64,000 bases of DNA from the human T2T-CHM13v2.0 reference genome, Homo sapiens. This document shows, piece by piece, positions 26,221-43,978 of the stretch. The notes under the pieces were generated by a model, which made no database searches, was not told the DNA's origin, and saw only the letters and a list, made by a program, of their open reading frames with translations. Made by a program: the position numbers and the translations under genes. The stretch lies in NCBI RefSeq assembly GCF_009914755.1, contig NC_060947.1; one strand, 5' to 3'. Numbering within the stretch: position 1 is the stretch's first letter; the number at the start of each line of letters is the position of its first letter.

Positions 26221-28002
26221 AGAAATTAACGCCACTAGGATATGCTGTAATTATCTGCCTCCTATGATCACTGGGATCTGCATTTTAAAATAATAATGCC
26301 ATCTCTCTTACGATAAGAATAATTTGTTTTGTTTTTTTATATATATTTCTAGAGCTATAGAATTAAATTCAAATAGTCTCATTTCCGATAATGTGAGTAT
26401 TAATGGAAGTGGTTTATCTCCTCTCTTAAAACAGAGATTTTTATCACTACTATCAAAGGAAATAGATCAATAGGTATTTCAAAAGTCCCAAGTAGCCCTG
26501 TTTTTCTACATTGCCATCCTATTACATATCGCTTTCCTTCATTTGGACCCATACGGCCTTTGTACATTTTGTTTCTGCATTAAATGAGTGTGATCTACTA
26601 AAAAATAAAAAAGAAAAGAAAAAACAGTGGCTGCCATGAGATGTCAGAGAATGTAAAAAAGTCTGCATCGTGGAAGTTAATATTGAATTGCAGGTAAAAC
26701 TAGATATTTTCCTTCTGGAATAATTGTTGGAGGGTCTGATTAATAATTTTCAGTGGTGTGTATAATTAACTCTAGGGTGGGAACAGGTTTCTCATATTTA
26801 ACAATGTTTTCCAGTTGGTAACAATGTACCACTCAATTAATTGAGATGGAGTGTGTGTTCCACTTTGTACCACACAATAGCAAGCTTAAGAAAGTTGGTG
26901 ATGGTTTCTAAGAATAAAGTAAAGAGCCTTATAAGAATAGAGGCTTTAATATTACTGCAGCACCTTCTTCTTGGAACAGCTGTGGTTGCATGAGGTGTAT
27001 TAGTTGGGAGACCAGATTGCCCACTCAGAATGCAATAGTAAATTGGATCCAGATTGTTCTATAAGCAGATGCATTTTTTTATTGGTAACTTGCTTCCTGT
27101 TTATCATTTTCAGTGACATTTACAATTAGTGCCCTTGAAACTGAGGACCACAAGTGCCAGGGAGTGTTAGTTTATGTAGCGGTGAGTCACAGTGGTGATA
27201 ACATATGCTTTCAGATTTACGCAGCATCTGGGGTTTAGTCCCAGGCAAATCAAGGAAGAACATCTGGGAAGACTCTTCTGTTTCTACCCCTAGCAGGTGG
27301 CATGTCCCCTTTCCTGTGGTGAACATGGCATTTTCAGGTCAGGGAGATTCTTTAATGGCCAAACATACACTCTGCTTATGTTGCAAAATGGTGAAATTTG
27401 ACATGTTTCTTTTCCCTCTGATTTCAAATGTTATGGGCCCTAGAACTCATCCAGCTGTTACAGTCTTCACCTTTGTGAATCTCTCCACTACTAAAATATC
27501 CAGATTGACTGTATTAAATAAGAAGTTTCCTTCATCTTGTAAATATCTCACTAGTAACATCTCTTGAGTCCTCCTCCTTATGTCACCTCATTAAAAAAAA
27601 GGAGGAAGGAGAGAAAAGAGGGCACAATTTTTATGTACAGGTGAAAATGAAATAGATGGTTGCCAGAAGATGGTTTCCAAATGATAAATGGAGCCATTAG
27701 GTTCCAATTAGGGACTTGAAACCTCCCCAGTACGTGGGTAGCCTGCAACAGAGATATCCAGGGTCTAATGATATTTGTTGGTGAGATTTTTCCAGGAGTT
27801 TGAGCAAGATAAACTATTCCAATTATTTATTCTCCGTTTCTGGAGCTGTGTTTCTTCTCATGTTTCCCATTCTTTGGGCCTGCTTTGGGGGTTTTGTTTG
27901 TTTCTTTGTTTGTTTTTATTTTTTTGCTTATAAGCCCAGTTTTTTTTATCATTCTTGATAGTCATAATTTTTCCTGACTGATTTTTTTTATTCCAATGAC
28001 CC

Positions 28003-28033
<31 letters not shown>

Positions 28034-28547
28034 TAGAGTGGCTCTTGAGACCTTGAGGTTTTGAAGTTTGGTTTTGATAGCAGTCTTCATTCTAAGTTCC
28101 CTTACCTAGGTGAACTGCAGCCATTAGGGTTTTCATTCAGTGCCAGGCAGTGTTTACACTTGCCAACGTGCTATTCCTTTTGCCATTAAGGATAGCACTA
28201 TCCAATGAATGACTTCATGGGGCTCAGCATGTGCTGATTGTTGGAAAAATACAATCAATATTAATTATGCTACTCTTTCCTAAGCAACCACTAAATGTTG
28301 ATCAAAACATACAAAAGGCACAGGCCCGCCTTTGATTACTTTATAGCAGCTTAATATCATCAAGAATGAGAGGTAGCCATGTTTCAAGGGAATTAAGATC
28401 ATAGAGGTAAGTAATTATCAGGGGTCCCAACGTTTGGCTGATAAGAACCATTTTTTACCATCTCATGGGATTTGGTCTCACTTGCAGAAGCAGTTTTGTG
28501 CATACACTATTGTTTCCGTTTAAGAGAAATTGGTAGGATGGTGGGAT

Positions 28548-32043
<3,496 letters not shown>

Positions 32044-32459
32044 GGATGGTGGGATTTTAATTGGGGGAAATGAATATCAAGTGGTAGCCACTTAGATCTG
32101 GAAAACCTCTCAAGGGAATCCGTTTTCCTCAGGCTTTTAATGACTTCTTATGCAATTCAGTCATGGAAGTTGTGCCTGTGGCCCATGGAATAGTTCTGAA
32201 ATGCTTGGGAAATAATCCAAGGCACAGAGGCAGGGCACTTGTATTTTATGGGAAGACGATATAATGGACTTTCCGGCTACAACATTTTGTTTCCAACAGC
32301 TATTGGGATCATGTGCCATGTGTACGACATAAACAATGATAACTTGATTTGATATATATATTAAGAAAACCCTTTAAAGTAAACAAATTATTTGTCTTCC
32401 AGGAATAAAAAGAATTCTATCTGGGATGGGTGATAATACTGTTTTTGAGTAAGTCGCTT

Positions 32460-32694
32460 GTTCTCAGTGAAGGAGTAGGGGTTGGGGTAAGGACAATTGT
32501 GCCCCTAGGGGCCGTTTGAAAATGTCTGGTGACATCATTTTTGGCTGTCACAACTGGGAGAGGGGCTGCTACTGGTATCTAGTGGCTAGAGGTTAGGGAT
32601 GCTGTTATGCACCTTACAATGTGCGGGGCAGCCCCCACACAACAAAAAATGATCTGACTCAAAAAGTCAGCACTGCCAATATTGAAAAACCTGG
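32460..32694. mobile_element. MER20 MITE
   Basis: aatgtctggtgacatcatttttggctgtcacaactggg...gctactggtatctagtggctagaggttagggatgctg. Confidence 0.8.
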
Positions 32695-33106
32695 TCTAAA
32701 GGTTTAGAGGAGGCAGAGCCCATAGATGAAAGGTGTCTAGGACTCGGAACAACTGTGCAGAACAAAACACACTCTCCTTCCTTTGCCCATAATTTCACTG
32801 GACTGGGCTAATGAAAAATAAACTTCAACTGAGTTAAGTCACTAATACTTTGGAGTTGTTTTGTTATGTCAGATGGCTTATCCTGCTAATAGGGATTCAA
32901 AGCCAGATTGGGAAAAAAAAAAAAAAAACAACTCTCCAACTTGCAGTGTGATCGGAATGCCATCTGCATGCAACTTAAATGAATGGCACAAACTTTGTTG
33001 TGATGCAATCAAACACAAAACCGCAAGAAAATATAATTTAGGAAGATTTTTAGATGCTCCTGTTTGAATCAGGGGAAACATTTTATTAGATAATAAGTTA
33101 GTTTAA

Positions 33107-33470
<364 letters not shown>

Positions 33471-34016
33471 AAGACACTGACTCTTTATTAGGTCTTATTT
33501 CACTTCACAGAGTTTCTTTCATCTTCTTCAACATAGCACATCCCTAATACAACTATTAAACTTATAATTCACGATGAGGCTTGTATTTTGACTCATATGT
33601 AAATGTGGTGTTCTAATGCCATTATACAAACATGTTAGGAGAGAATAATAAATAGGCTAGACATATGTATATGTGAGAAGAAGATTGTTCAAAATAGATG
33701 TAAGTAAACAGTGATTAGTGGAATCTAGAGGAAACAGGAAACATATATATATGCATGATCCCCCTAAATACAAAGGAAAGGGGTAGTGGGAAATAAAGGT
33801 TTTTGTTTAGTTTTCTGGACTGGAGGAAAACTAAAGAGGAGCCTAGCAAGAAAGGTGTTGGTTTAGTTTTCTGGACTGGCCAATAATCATTGTCATTGGG
33901 ATATATACCAAATTTCATTGACTTGAAGAGGCCATCAATTGCAAGACATCTAAATGCAGTATACCTTTTTGTGTATATTGCTAATAAATTAAGACATGTG
34001 TTTTTATCACTTAGAT

Positions 34017-34243
34017 CATAGGTTGACAAATTGGCCTGCAGGTCAAATCTGGCCCACTGCCTGTTTTTATAAATAAAGTTTTATTGGAACACAACCACAC
34101 CCATCCATTTGTGTATTTCCATGGCTGCTTTCCTACTACAATGGTGAAGCTTAATAGTTGTAAAGGAGATTGTATGTTCTATTAGGTCTAAACTATTAAT
34201 ATTTACCATATGGCTCATTATAGTAAAAGTTTACCAAACTCAT
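34017..34243. mobile_element. MER58A-like MITE
   Basis: ggcctgcaggtcaaatctggcccactgcctgtttttataaataaagttttattggaacac...aaagtttaccaaactc. Confidence 0.8.
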
Positions 34244-34414
34244 AGACTTTTATACTTCTTGAGCTAACTTTTTGACTAAGGCATACATTTTAATCATATA
34301 ACACTTTTGTGCATACAAAAGAAGTGAAATATAAGCAAACAAATTAGTTAAGCTGTTTGTAAGATTTTAAAACACATGACATATAGAACTTGACCCATAT
34401 GAATCACTTTTCAG

Positions 34415-34535
34415 TGGATGCAAACACAAATGGGTGGGAGTGGTTGTGTTCTAATAAAAGTTTACTTATAAAAACAGGCAGTGGGCCAGATTTGGCCTGC
34501 AGGCCAATTTGTCAACCTGTGATCTAAGTGATAAA
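34415..34535 (-). repeat. Inverted copy of 34003-34121
   Basis: Reverse complement of tttatcacttagatcataggttgacaaattggcc...catttgtgtatttcca, including the non-MER58 flank. Confidence 0.9.
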
Positions 34536-36692
34536 CCATTTCAGATTTAAATCTGAAATCAGAACCATAATTTTCCACAAAATATTTTCCTCAGTGCCAT
34601 GAAAAGTATAGATACAGCATTGCTTGAATGAGTATTCCATTATTGCCTCCAAGATTTTCTTCCAAGCTACTGAAGCCCATTCTGCTTGCTTTGATTTAGA
34701 CACTCTTATCTTTCCAGAAATTTTCCACAGAGTTTTTTTTTTTTTTCAGTGACAACAAGGTCTCCTATTCTTTCTTCAAATGGTCTTGAAATAGTTGGTT
34801 GCTTGAAACGGGGAGGAATTATGGTTGTCAATCATGAACCGAGAAATAACCAACCAATTGTGCTACCTCCAGGTAGACAGACATTTGAAATTGCCATTTA
34901 TTATAAGATGAACCTGGAATCTTTAAAATCCAGTAGATATGTGCATGTTAGCATCCGTGAAATACTGTAGCTTGTTTGTTGCCCTGCAGATGAGGAATGG
35001 TTTGGATGCTGGTTAATTGAGGGGAGAGAAGAAAATAAAACTCCTGTCACATGTTATGTTCCAGCAGGTCTTACTTGTATACTTGAAATTTTCTGTTTTC
35101 TCTTTGCTTTACTTTATCAAGCTGAATAGGTGACTTTTTACCACAGCTCAAAATAAAAACTTCATGGAAACATTCTTCATAAGCCTCTAGATTTTAAGCT
35201 GCTCCATTCTTCTGGGAGCCCCAGTAATTCAGACTGATTGCAGTGCTGCTTGGTGGCAACTCCCGCGACTCCAGCAGCTTGGCCCTGGGGCCTGAGTAAA
35301 GCTCTCACTCTAGCAGCCACAGGATCTAATGTGAACTCTGGAGCTTAACTCATCTCTCTCCTCTTTCCTGTACATAACATAAATGGCCTGTGAACATCTA
35401 GAAACCTCTTGTTGGGTTAATATGATGAGATCATTCTTTGGGTGGCTTTCCATTCACTGGTGTGGTTCAAAAGAGGTATGCCTAATGAGCAGGTGTTTCC
35501 ACTTGTTCTCAGATTCCTAGATGATAGCGCACTGCGCTTAAGAGAAGTTTCCTTCAGGGGATTGTTTTTAGAAAGCATCTGAGGGTCTGTTAAGTGAAGA
35601 TATTCTTTCCTGTCTCAGGGTACTCTGCCTTTTGGAGTCTAGAAACCACTTTTTATTTCCCTGGTCATAAGAATCTGTAACCTTAAATACAGTTGACGAG
35701 AGGCTGCTAATTTCCAGTACTCTGTGGATGGGACCCTACACAGTGAAAAGGCAAAGGACTCAAGCAAGTGGAGGAGCCTAGCAAGAACAGCCAGCTTTGA
35801 AATGCATCAGGCAAGGATCAGGACTTGATGGTAGGGCCTTCTACTGTTTGTGCATCCCCGTTTGGCATGCAAGTTCTATTTATTTTTATTTTTTGCTATA
35901 TGACAGATATGGTTATATAAGCAGCTTTCAAAATGAGGCATAAAGCTTTTGATTTTCTCATCCTTTGCTTTTCTGAGATCCTGGAGGCCTTTTTTAAAGA
36001 GTTGAGGCTGTTTGACACAGCAAAAACAACAGAGAAATCAGTCGGTTGCACTTTAGAGTAGAGCTTGGGGTATGTGCTTCTAACTTGTTCAAGTTGGAGG
36101 GCTACCTTACAACTTGGCAAGATACTGGAGATAAAAGCCAGAGTTGTAGTGGTTACAGATTCAGTTTTTCAGAGTCAAAATCAAACAAGCAAAGCCTGTT
36201 GTTGACCCAGAAGCCAAAACCTGGTTGAGCTGTTCTTTGATGCAAGCCGATGAGCGTGGGACTTCATATCTGGTCACCATGACTTAAAGGAAACTCAGAG
36301 GTTTCTTGGATTCATTAGCTTATAGAAACAAGGAAAGTCATATCAACGGCTACCAGAGACTTGGGGATGAAAGAAGAGACTGACAATAGCTAAACACAAT
36401 CTGGCTATCAGGTACAGCCATTCTCAGGTATTAAGAGGCTGGACCCCAGAGGTCCCTCTCTGCTTGGCTCCTGGTCATACCACAAATCCTGATGCTGGTT
36501 ACCCTCCTCCCATCAGCCCTTAACACACACTTACACTGGTTATGCCCTTTAGTGAAGCTCTCTTCCCTTGAATTTCTGCTGGCACAGAGAACTACCATGT
36601 CAGGTCACCAATGCCTGATAGTGGTACACTGTTGATGCTTTAGGGTTAGTTATATCTTAACCAATGCATAGGATGTCTGTAGAATAGTCTAT

Positions 36693-36885
36693 CAAGCTTG
36701 TCCAACCTGCCTTATTTTGCTGTTGTTGTTGTTGTTCTGTTTGGTTTTCTTTTAGGAGTTTAGCAGCCTGAAGCCATGATTTTTAGTTTCTGTCTCTAGT
36801 GATAAGGAAAAAAAAAAAAAGGGATAAGGAAAGGGCTTTAGAAACTAAGAACTCATGACTGTATTCTCTCCCTTGGACACCCCTG
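36693..36885. mobile_element. MER107-like DNA transposon
   Basis: caagcttgtccaacc...tttagcagcctgaagccatg...catgactgtattctctcccttggacacccctg, with ttgtcc/ggacac terminal inverted motifs. Confidence 0.7.
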
Positions 36886-37024
36886 GTTGATGCTGACCTA
36901 GCAGGCTCCAGTTTCTTTGTTAAAGTCTTTTCTGCAGCATGAAATGAAGTTCAGATCTCAAGTCCTTCCCTAAGTACCTTATATCTTGCTCTCTTGTAAA
37001 CTGCTTAAACAAGACCTTTTCCTG

Positions 37025-37192
37025 TGTTCATATCAGAATCACCTTGCAGGACTTGTTAAAACACTGACTGCTGGGCCCACTCCTAGGGTTTCTGATTCAG
37101 CAGGTCTGGGGTGGGTCCTGAGAATTTGCATTTTTAAGAGGTTCTCATGAAATGCTGCTGCTGCTGTTCCAAGGACCACACTTTGAAAACCA
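37025..37192. mobile_element. MER5A MITE
   Basis: atcagaatcacc...tttctgattcagcaggtctggggtgggtcctgagaatttgcatttt...ggaccacactttgaaaacc. Confidence 0.85.
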
Positions 37193-38619
37193 AAAAAGAA
37201 GAGAGAGAAACAGCAGGAGGAGTAGAAGGGAGAAAAGTCAGAGATTTGAAGGTGAGAGAGACCTACTATGGCTGGTTTTGAAAGGGGCCATGAGCCAGGA
37301 ATACAAATGGCCTCCTCTCTAGAAGCTAGATCTAAGCTGTAAACAAAGGACAGCCAAATCCATCATAGAAAAGAAACCTTTCTTTAAAGCAAATGTTATC
37401 TGCAGGGATGTGATTCTGTCTATAACTGCTTTCTCATTTGCCACTATAGCAGTTTTAGCATTTCAAACATCCCCTTGCTAATTATAGTCTCCGCTTTACA
37501 TTTGCATAACTAAATAGTCCATTCAAGCAGCTTTTGCCAAATAAAGTAATTCTCTGTCCAAAATGTGTATTCAGTTTCTACCCAGAAGAACCCCAAATTG
37601 CTGCAGCTCTTGGTTTCAAAGATATAAAATTCATACTTCGGGCCAAGCCCAAGCTCAAGGTCTCTATGTCTTTTTTCTTTGACCAGAGAAGTCTCTGGAA
37701 ATCAGAAGGTTTTCTATGATGAGGAAGCCTTAAGTGACTTCTGCTTAAAATAGCTATGGTTGTATGAGGCAGGTAATTGGAAGATATTAACAGATCTTGC
37801 ACCCAGATTGTAGTAGTAAATTAAATCCAGGCTGTTCTCCAGCAGATACATTTGGGGCATGGCATCACAGCCTCCTTGTAACCAGCCTCAGTGGAGTGTG
37901 GCACTGAGGTGGAGCCCACAGGTGTGCCTGTACATCTTGCTCCAGGGATCACCAGCTTTTCCCTGTGGCTGTATGTCAGTGAGGCCAAAAATAAAAATAG
38001 CTTAAATGTTCAAATTCAAGGAGAGCCAACTGCAGACAAGGTCATCTGAAGTATGAACAGAGTGTTGGGAAATGAAGGTGTATAAGAAAATGTCACATTT
38101 CTCTCTCTTACTAAACCACATTCAACCTGGCTTTGCTACCACCTGCCTGACAGGTAGAATATGCAGGGGAGGGGGCTCCTGCTCCTATATTTAGGATCAT
38201 TTAGGAATTCTGAGGATTAAATAGGGCAGGAACATTAAAGTGGGGCCTCTGGTCTTGATTTTGTCCTGACTGCTGCTGAGATGCTCATGGCCCAAGGTGG
38301 CTTTGGAAGTAGGTGGCCTTGCTGACAGCCTGCTCTCCTTCCTGATAAGCTTGGCCTCTCGATGTCCTCTGCAGCACACAAGTCCACAGATCGTGGTGGC
38401 CCTTCTCTAAGCTGTCACTAGGATGGCCCCGGAAGATAGCTGCTACCTCTGGGGCTGAGAGCAGGCATCCAGGGCTCCACTGTACATGAAACCCACCAGC
38501 TTACTGTCCCAGGCTGGGACACTCTTCCAGGGGCTCTTCCAGGGGCTGCCTCCCTCCCTTCTCCCTCAACCTTTAGAGACTTCTCCAGCTTTAGACCTTC
38601 ATAGGCTTAGGCTTTAGAA

Positions 38620-38938
38620 AGGGGGTCAGCCAACATCTTCTGCCAAGGGCCACATAGTACACATTTTCAGCTTTTTGGGCCATATGGTCTCTTTCACAAC
38701 TATTCAACTCTGCCCATGTAGTGTGAAAGCAGCCACAATTTGTAAATGAATGAGTATGGGGCTGTGTTCCAGTAAAACTTTTTTTACAGACACTGAAATT
38801 TGAATTACTTTCATGTGTCATGAAATATTATTATTTTTTCAACCAATTAAAAGTGTGAAAACCATCCTTAGCTTGTGAATGGTATCAAAACAGGTGATAG
38901 GCCAGATTTGGCTCATAGACTACAGTTTGCTGACCCCT
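38620..38938. mobile_element. MER58B-like MITE (opposite orientation to 7775)
   Basis: gggggtcagccaac...ggctgtgttccagtaaaacttt...ggccagatttggctcatagactacagtttgctgacccct. Confidence 0.85.
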
Positions 38939-39180
38939 TCTCTAGAAAACCAAAGCTGCTGCTTGTTAACACTCCTCAGGGGCAGTGGAGGCCTAGATGG
39001 CTAGGAGAAGACATAAACAGTTCCTTAATTGTTTGTTTTGTTTGTCTGTGGTTTTTAAACATATTTTCAAATCATTCCTTGCGGTCTGGCCCTGGCTTCC
39101 TCTCTACTCCGTCCCCTTCTTCCACTCTGGGACCCTTTGTGCTACTCTAGCAAACCACATCTGGTCAAGTATCTGTGAGT

Positions 39181-39313
39181 CAGTGGTTCTCAAACTTTGA
39201 TGTATATCAGAATCAACTGGAGAGCCAATAACAAACACAGAGACCCCAGAGAGGGCCTGAAACTTTATACTTTTACAAGTGATTCTGATGTCCACCAGAA
39301 TTTGAGACCCATT
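39181..39313. mobile_element. MER5-family MITE (internally deleted) within L2-like sequence
   Basis: cagtggttctcaaactttgatgtatatcagaatca...aagtgattctgatg...tttgagacccattg. Confidence 0.7.
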
Positions 39314-39953
39314 GATATCAATACCTTGTTTCATGCCTTCCTACCCTTAAACAAGCTATTCTGTTTGCCTGAAATGGTTTAGCTCCTTCCTTCTTCTGGT
39401 CCACTTAACCTGCCTCTTATCTTTTAAAAATGTAAGTCAACTGATAGTACTTTTGGGCAGAGTCACTGATCCCTGTTTTATTTTGAGTTCTTAAAGCAAG
39501 CTGCATGTACCTTTATGATGGCACAGTTACACGACCTTGCCTTGATTTTGATAGTTGCATGTCTTCCCAAATAGGATGTAAGCTTCTAGACTGGACTTTG
39601 TCTGCTTTGAACTTTCATTTCTAACATAGTATCTTTAACAGGTATATAACATAGACTCAATAAAAGATGGTGGTATGTGTTACAGCTCTGGTAGGATTTG
39701 TTTAAAGTTTTCTGATGAAAAAACAAGATGGTGGTAGAAGTGAATAACAAATACACCCAGAGAATGGAGGGCAAGGAATAAAGAATGGGCAGGAGATGAG
39801 AGACATCAATAAATAAAAATCTCTAGTATTTAGGTCTTGGGAGCTAAATTTCTAGTATTGTGAACAGTGATCTCTCTGGACTTATTTTGCCTCCTCTCAA
39901 TTTCCAGTTCTAAGTGGTCCATTTGTTAGTTGACATTCATTAAATGCCCTGAA

Positions 39954-40424
<471 letters not shown>

Positions 40425-40435
40425 TGTCTAGATGA

Positions 40436-40816
40436 CTGGTTCTCAAACTTAGTTTCACATTGAAACCATCTGAGGAGTATTTAAGAATACAGATGCCTTT
40501 GTCCCACCTGGTGATGTGCTGGTAATGGTTAATAGTTGACTCCCTAGAAAATAAAGAGCCCTGACTTACAGTATTTGTCCATTCCTGTTATGTAAATACT
40601 CCGTCACCAATTTCAAGCTACTAATATTGATGTCACAGAACAGAGTTGGGAAGACATGTGGACTATCAGCTCTTGTAAACTGGTAGGAGCCAAGCAAGCT
40701 TCAGCGCATATTAGTTCCATCCCCAGAGATTCAGATTAATTGGTCCAGGCTGTAAACTGGGCATCAGGATTTTCAAAAGAAGTCCCTTAGGTGATTGCAA
40801 TGTGGAGCAAAGGTGA
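40436..40816. mobile_element. MER5B-like MITE split by a nested MER63-like element (~40508-40714)
   Basis: MER5 halves ctggttctcaaactt...tacagatgcc and ccccagagattcagattaattggtcc flank gatgtgctggtaa...atttcaagctac...tgatgtcacagaacagagttgggaaga. Confidence 0.7.
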
Positions 40817-42521
40817 AATAAATTTGTTAGTATTAATAAATATAATTTCTCTCACTCAGCCATAGGCAAAATACTTCGTATTCCTTTTATTTAATCCTCT
40901 CTGTATTCTGGCAATCACAGAACATGTTCTGTAGGGAAGTCACTCACCTTCCAATCAAGACAAAAAAAAGCCATATAAGAATTTTATTGTGGCCGTATTT
41001 CCCCAAATTTTATTTTCAAAAAATGTTTGCGTAAATATAAGACTAAATGTGATGTTAAAATCTGTATAATTAAAATCAAATCTAGTATACATTCAGTAAT
41101 TAAGTCAAATTTTTAGATCATAAAATATGTTTGCAATAATTTTCTCTCACTATACAAGTTTATTTTAGGACAATGATTAATATTGTGTATGTTTTAAAAT
41201 TGGTTTCAAATATTCTAAACAATTAATGTGTTATCTAAACTTGAGCAAAACAACAGTGTTTTGTATTCTGAACATGAGAACAAACTACATTTGGGATGTA
41301 TAGTTTGGCCAAAGGCAAAGATAATATAAGGAAATGTGGCACTTTGAAAAGTCTAGTATTAGTGGAAAAGGTAAACCATTAGATGAGTTTCTTTTGCCTG
41401 GCCTGCCATAGTCATGTCTGGAAAATACAATTTCTCAGATCCTCGGGAAGAAAAATGGCTTAATAAGAGCAACAAATATAAAATTGATTAAAACAAAAAT
41501 GAATAATTTATTCTAGTGTGACATTTCGTTTTCTGTGGAATAAAAATAAAAAGCCATTATGAGTGGGTTATTTTTCATATACTTACCTGAAATTATCACT
41601 TAATGAAAAGATGCTATTAGTTAGTGCTCATTAAATACAAATATATCTGGAAATGTCACCCACTAGATTATAGGTGATAGTGATTATGTGGAACTTAAAA
41701 CCAATTATTCATTCTAAAATATTAATTTTGTGTGGGATCAAAGGAAGTGGATGTGCTTTTTATGGAACAAGGTTGACCAAGAATGGATGATCACTGAAGC
41801 AGGGTGGTAGCCACGTGAAGATTCATTCAGTTATTCTATTTTTATGTATGTTTGAAAATTTCCATGAAAAAGTTTAAAAATATTCATTACAGTTTTATTG
41901 TTTACAGGTATGGTATACTAGGCAGAGTGGAAAATATAGAAAAATGCAAGAGATAATTCTAGTTTTCAGGATGCAAGGAAAAAAATAAGACATTTCTAAA
42001 TCACTTATCTGGCAGTTCATATTCATAAATTTTTCAGATGAATGAAGGTTACTGCTTATATATGTACAAACTTTGAAAAGCAATTTTAGTAGAAGTCTTT
42101 CAAAAATGTTATCTCCTGCCCTGTGTTGTTGGTGTAATGAACGTATTTAACCTTTTCCTGATAGTCAAGTTCTTCCTCAATTTAGGCATCAATCTCATCT
42201 GTGCTGTCTATGGTGATTGCCTTCAAAGTTGTTCATCCAATCAACAAATGTTTACGGAACTTATTGAGTGCTGACAATGGGCCAGTCACTGGAGGTATAG
42301 CAGTGAACAAAAGAGATAAGAATCCTGGCCCTTGTAGCACTTATATTCTACTGGCTGTTGAGATGCTTAGAGTGGCTTAGGTGAGCACTTTGAGTGAGAA
42401 GAGACACCGAATAATTCAGGGGTCTATACTTTTTCTGTCCCTCCTATCTGTTCTTTGTAGTTGATTTCATTCATCTTTCCGTTTCTGCACTGTCACTTTT
42501 GTTACCTCTTGGCTTGCCTAC

Positions 42522-42887
42522 TGCTGTGTTCTCAGTGTGTGTGTCCTTCACAAATTCATTTGCTGAAACCTAACCTCCAAGGAGATAGTATTAAAAGGTG
42601 GGGCCTTTGGGAGGTGATTAGGTCATGAGGGCTCTGTTCTCATGAATGGAATTAGTACTTTTATAAAAGAGGCCTAAGGGAGCTTGTTTGCCCCTTCTGC
42701 CATTTGAGGATACAGCAAGAAGGCACCATCTTTGAAGCAGAGAGCAAGCCCTCACTAGACATCAAATCAGCTGGCACCTTGATTCTAGGACTTCCCAGCC
42801 TTCATAACCGTGAGCAATACATTTCTGTTGTTTATAAATTACCCAGTTTAAAGTATTTTGTTATAGCAGCCTATACAAACTAAGACA
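42522..42887 (+). mobile_element. MLT1A/MLT1A0 solo LTR
   Basis: TG...CA termini, ggtggggcctttgggaggtgattaggtcatgaggg core, end ttgttatagcagcctatacaaactaagaca; perfect 5-bp TSD cctac (42517-42521 / 42888-42892). Confidence 0.92.
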
Positions 42888-43444
42888 CCTACCATGAGTG
42901 ATTTTTTAAAAAATTAATTGATTTAGGTGTTCTTGCCCAGCATTCAGGTCATTGCTACTCTAGTCTGCATGATATGATCACAAAGTTTTTTATAAATGTG
43001 TCTAAAATAAGATATACTAGGCTTTGAGTAAATTCTTGAGTTGCGATTGGGTGGCTCTTGCTTTGCTTTTTTCTCCCCCTAATTACTTTTGTGTTTTTGT
43101 GTTTCTCAATAGCTTAAGTCTCTAGATGAATGATTCATTCATTTAGCATTTAACAAACTGTTATTAAGCCCCTGCTGTGTGCCAAGTACTGTTCTAGGAG
43201 TTGTGGATGCAAGGTATAAAAAACAAATAAGGTGTATGTCGTGAGAGCTAGGAGAAGGCATAAGAGTTCGTAATATTGTGTGCTGGTTGGAGAAGCATTT
43301 GCAAGGGGAACTCCTGCAGGCTGGAGATGGGGGTGGGGATCAAGGAAAGCCTGTGGAATCCCAAAGGGGATGTGGATGCATTTAATTGTGGAGTAAAGTT
43401 TGACATGCTTCTGAGATGTGCCAGTGGAGATAATCTGGAGAGAG

Positions 43445-43978
43445 GTGGATTTTCCATTGTCTCCTGTTGCACATCAAACCACCCTAAAACTTAATGGCTT
43501 AGAATAATAGCAACTTATTATTTCTCATGATTCAGTGGGTTTTCTGGACTATTTGAATGCTGGTTTTGCTTGAGCTCACTCATCTGTCTGCATTCATCTG
43601 GGGCATGGCTGGGCTGGAAGGTCCAAGGAAATCTCACAGACTTGTTTGGCAATGGCTCTGACTATTGGTTCTTTTCCACATCATCTCTGATCCTCCAGGA
43701 TGATAGATTTGCTTCCTTCCTTACATTGGTGGTCTCTGGGCAGCATACCAAGGTAGTGGAGACAGAAGTGGCTTAGTCTCTTAAGACCTAGCTTTGGAAG
43801 GTATATAATGTCATTCCAGCCACATTCTATTGACCGAGCAATTCAGATGACCAGCCCAGGTCTCGGGGTGGGGAAATGGACTTACCCTCTTAATGGGAGG
43901 AGAAACAAAATCACCTTGCAAAGGGTCTTCATACACAGAATGGGAAGAATCCACAGCCATATTTTATAATCTATCATA
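43445..43978 (-). mobile_element. MLT1 (G/H/I-like) LTR
   Basis: aaaccaccctaaaacttaatggcttagaataa...attatttctcatgattc...gccacattctattgacc...aatctatcata. Confidence 0.6.
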
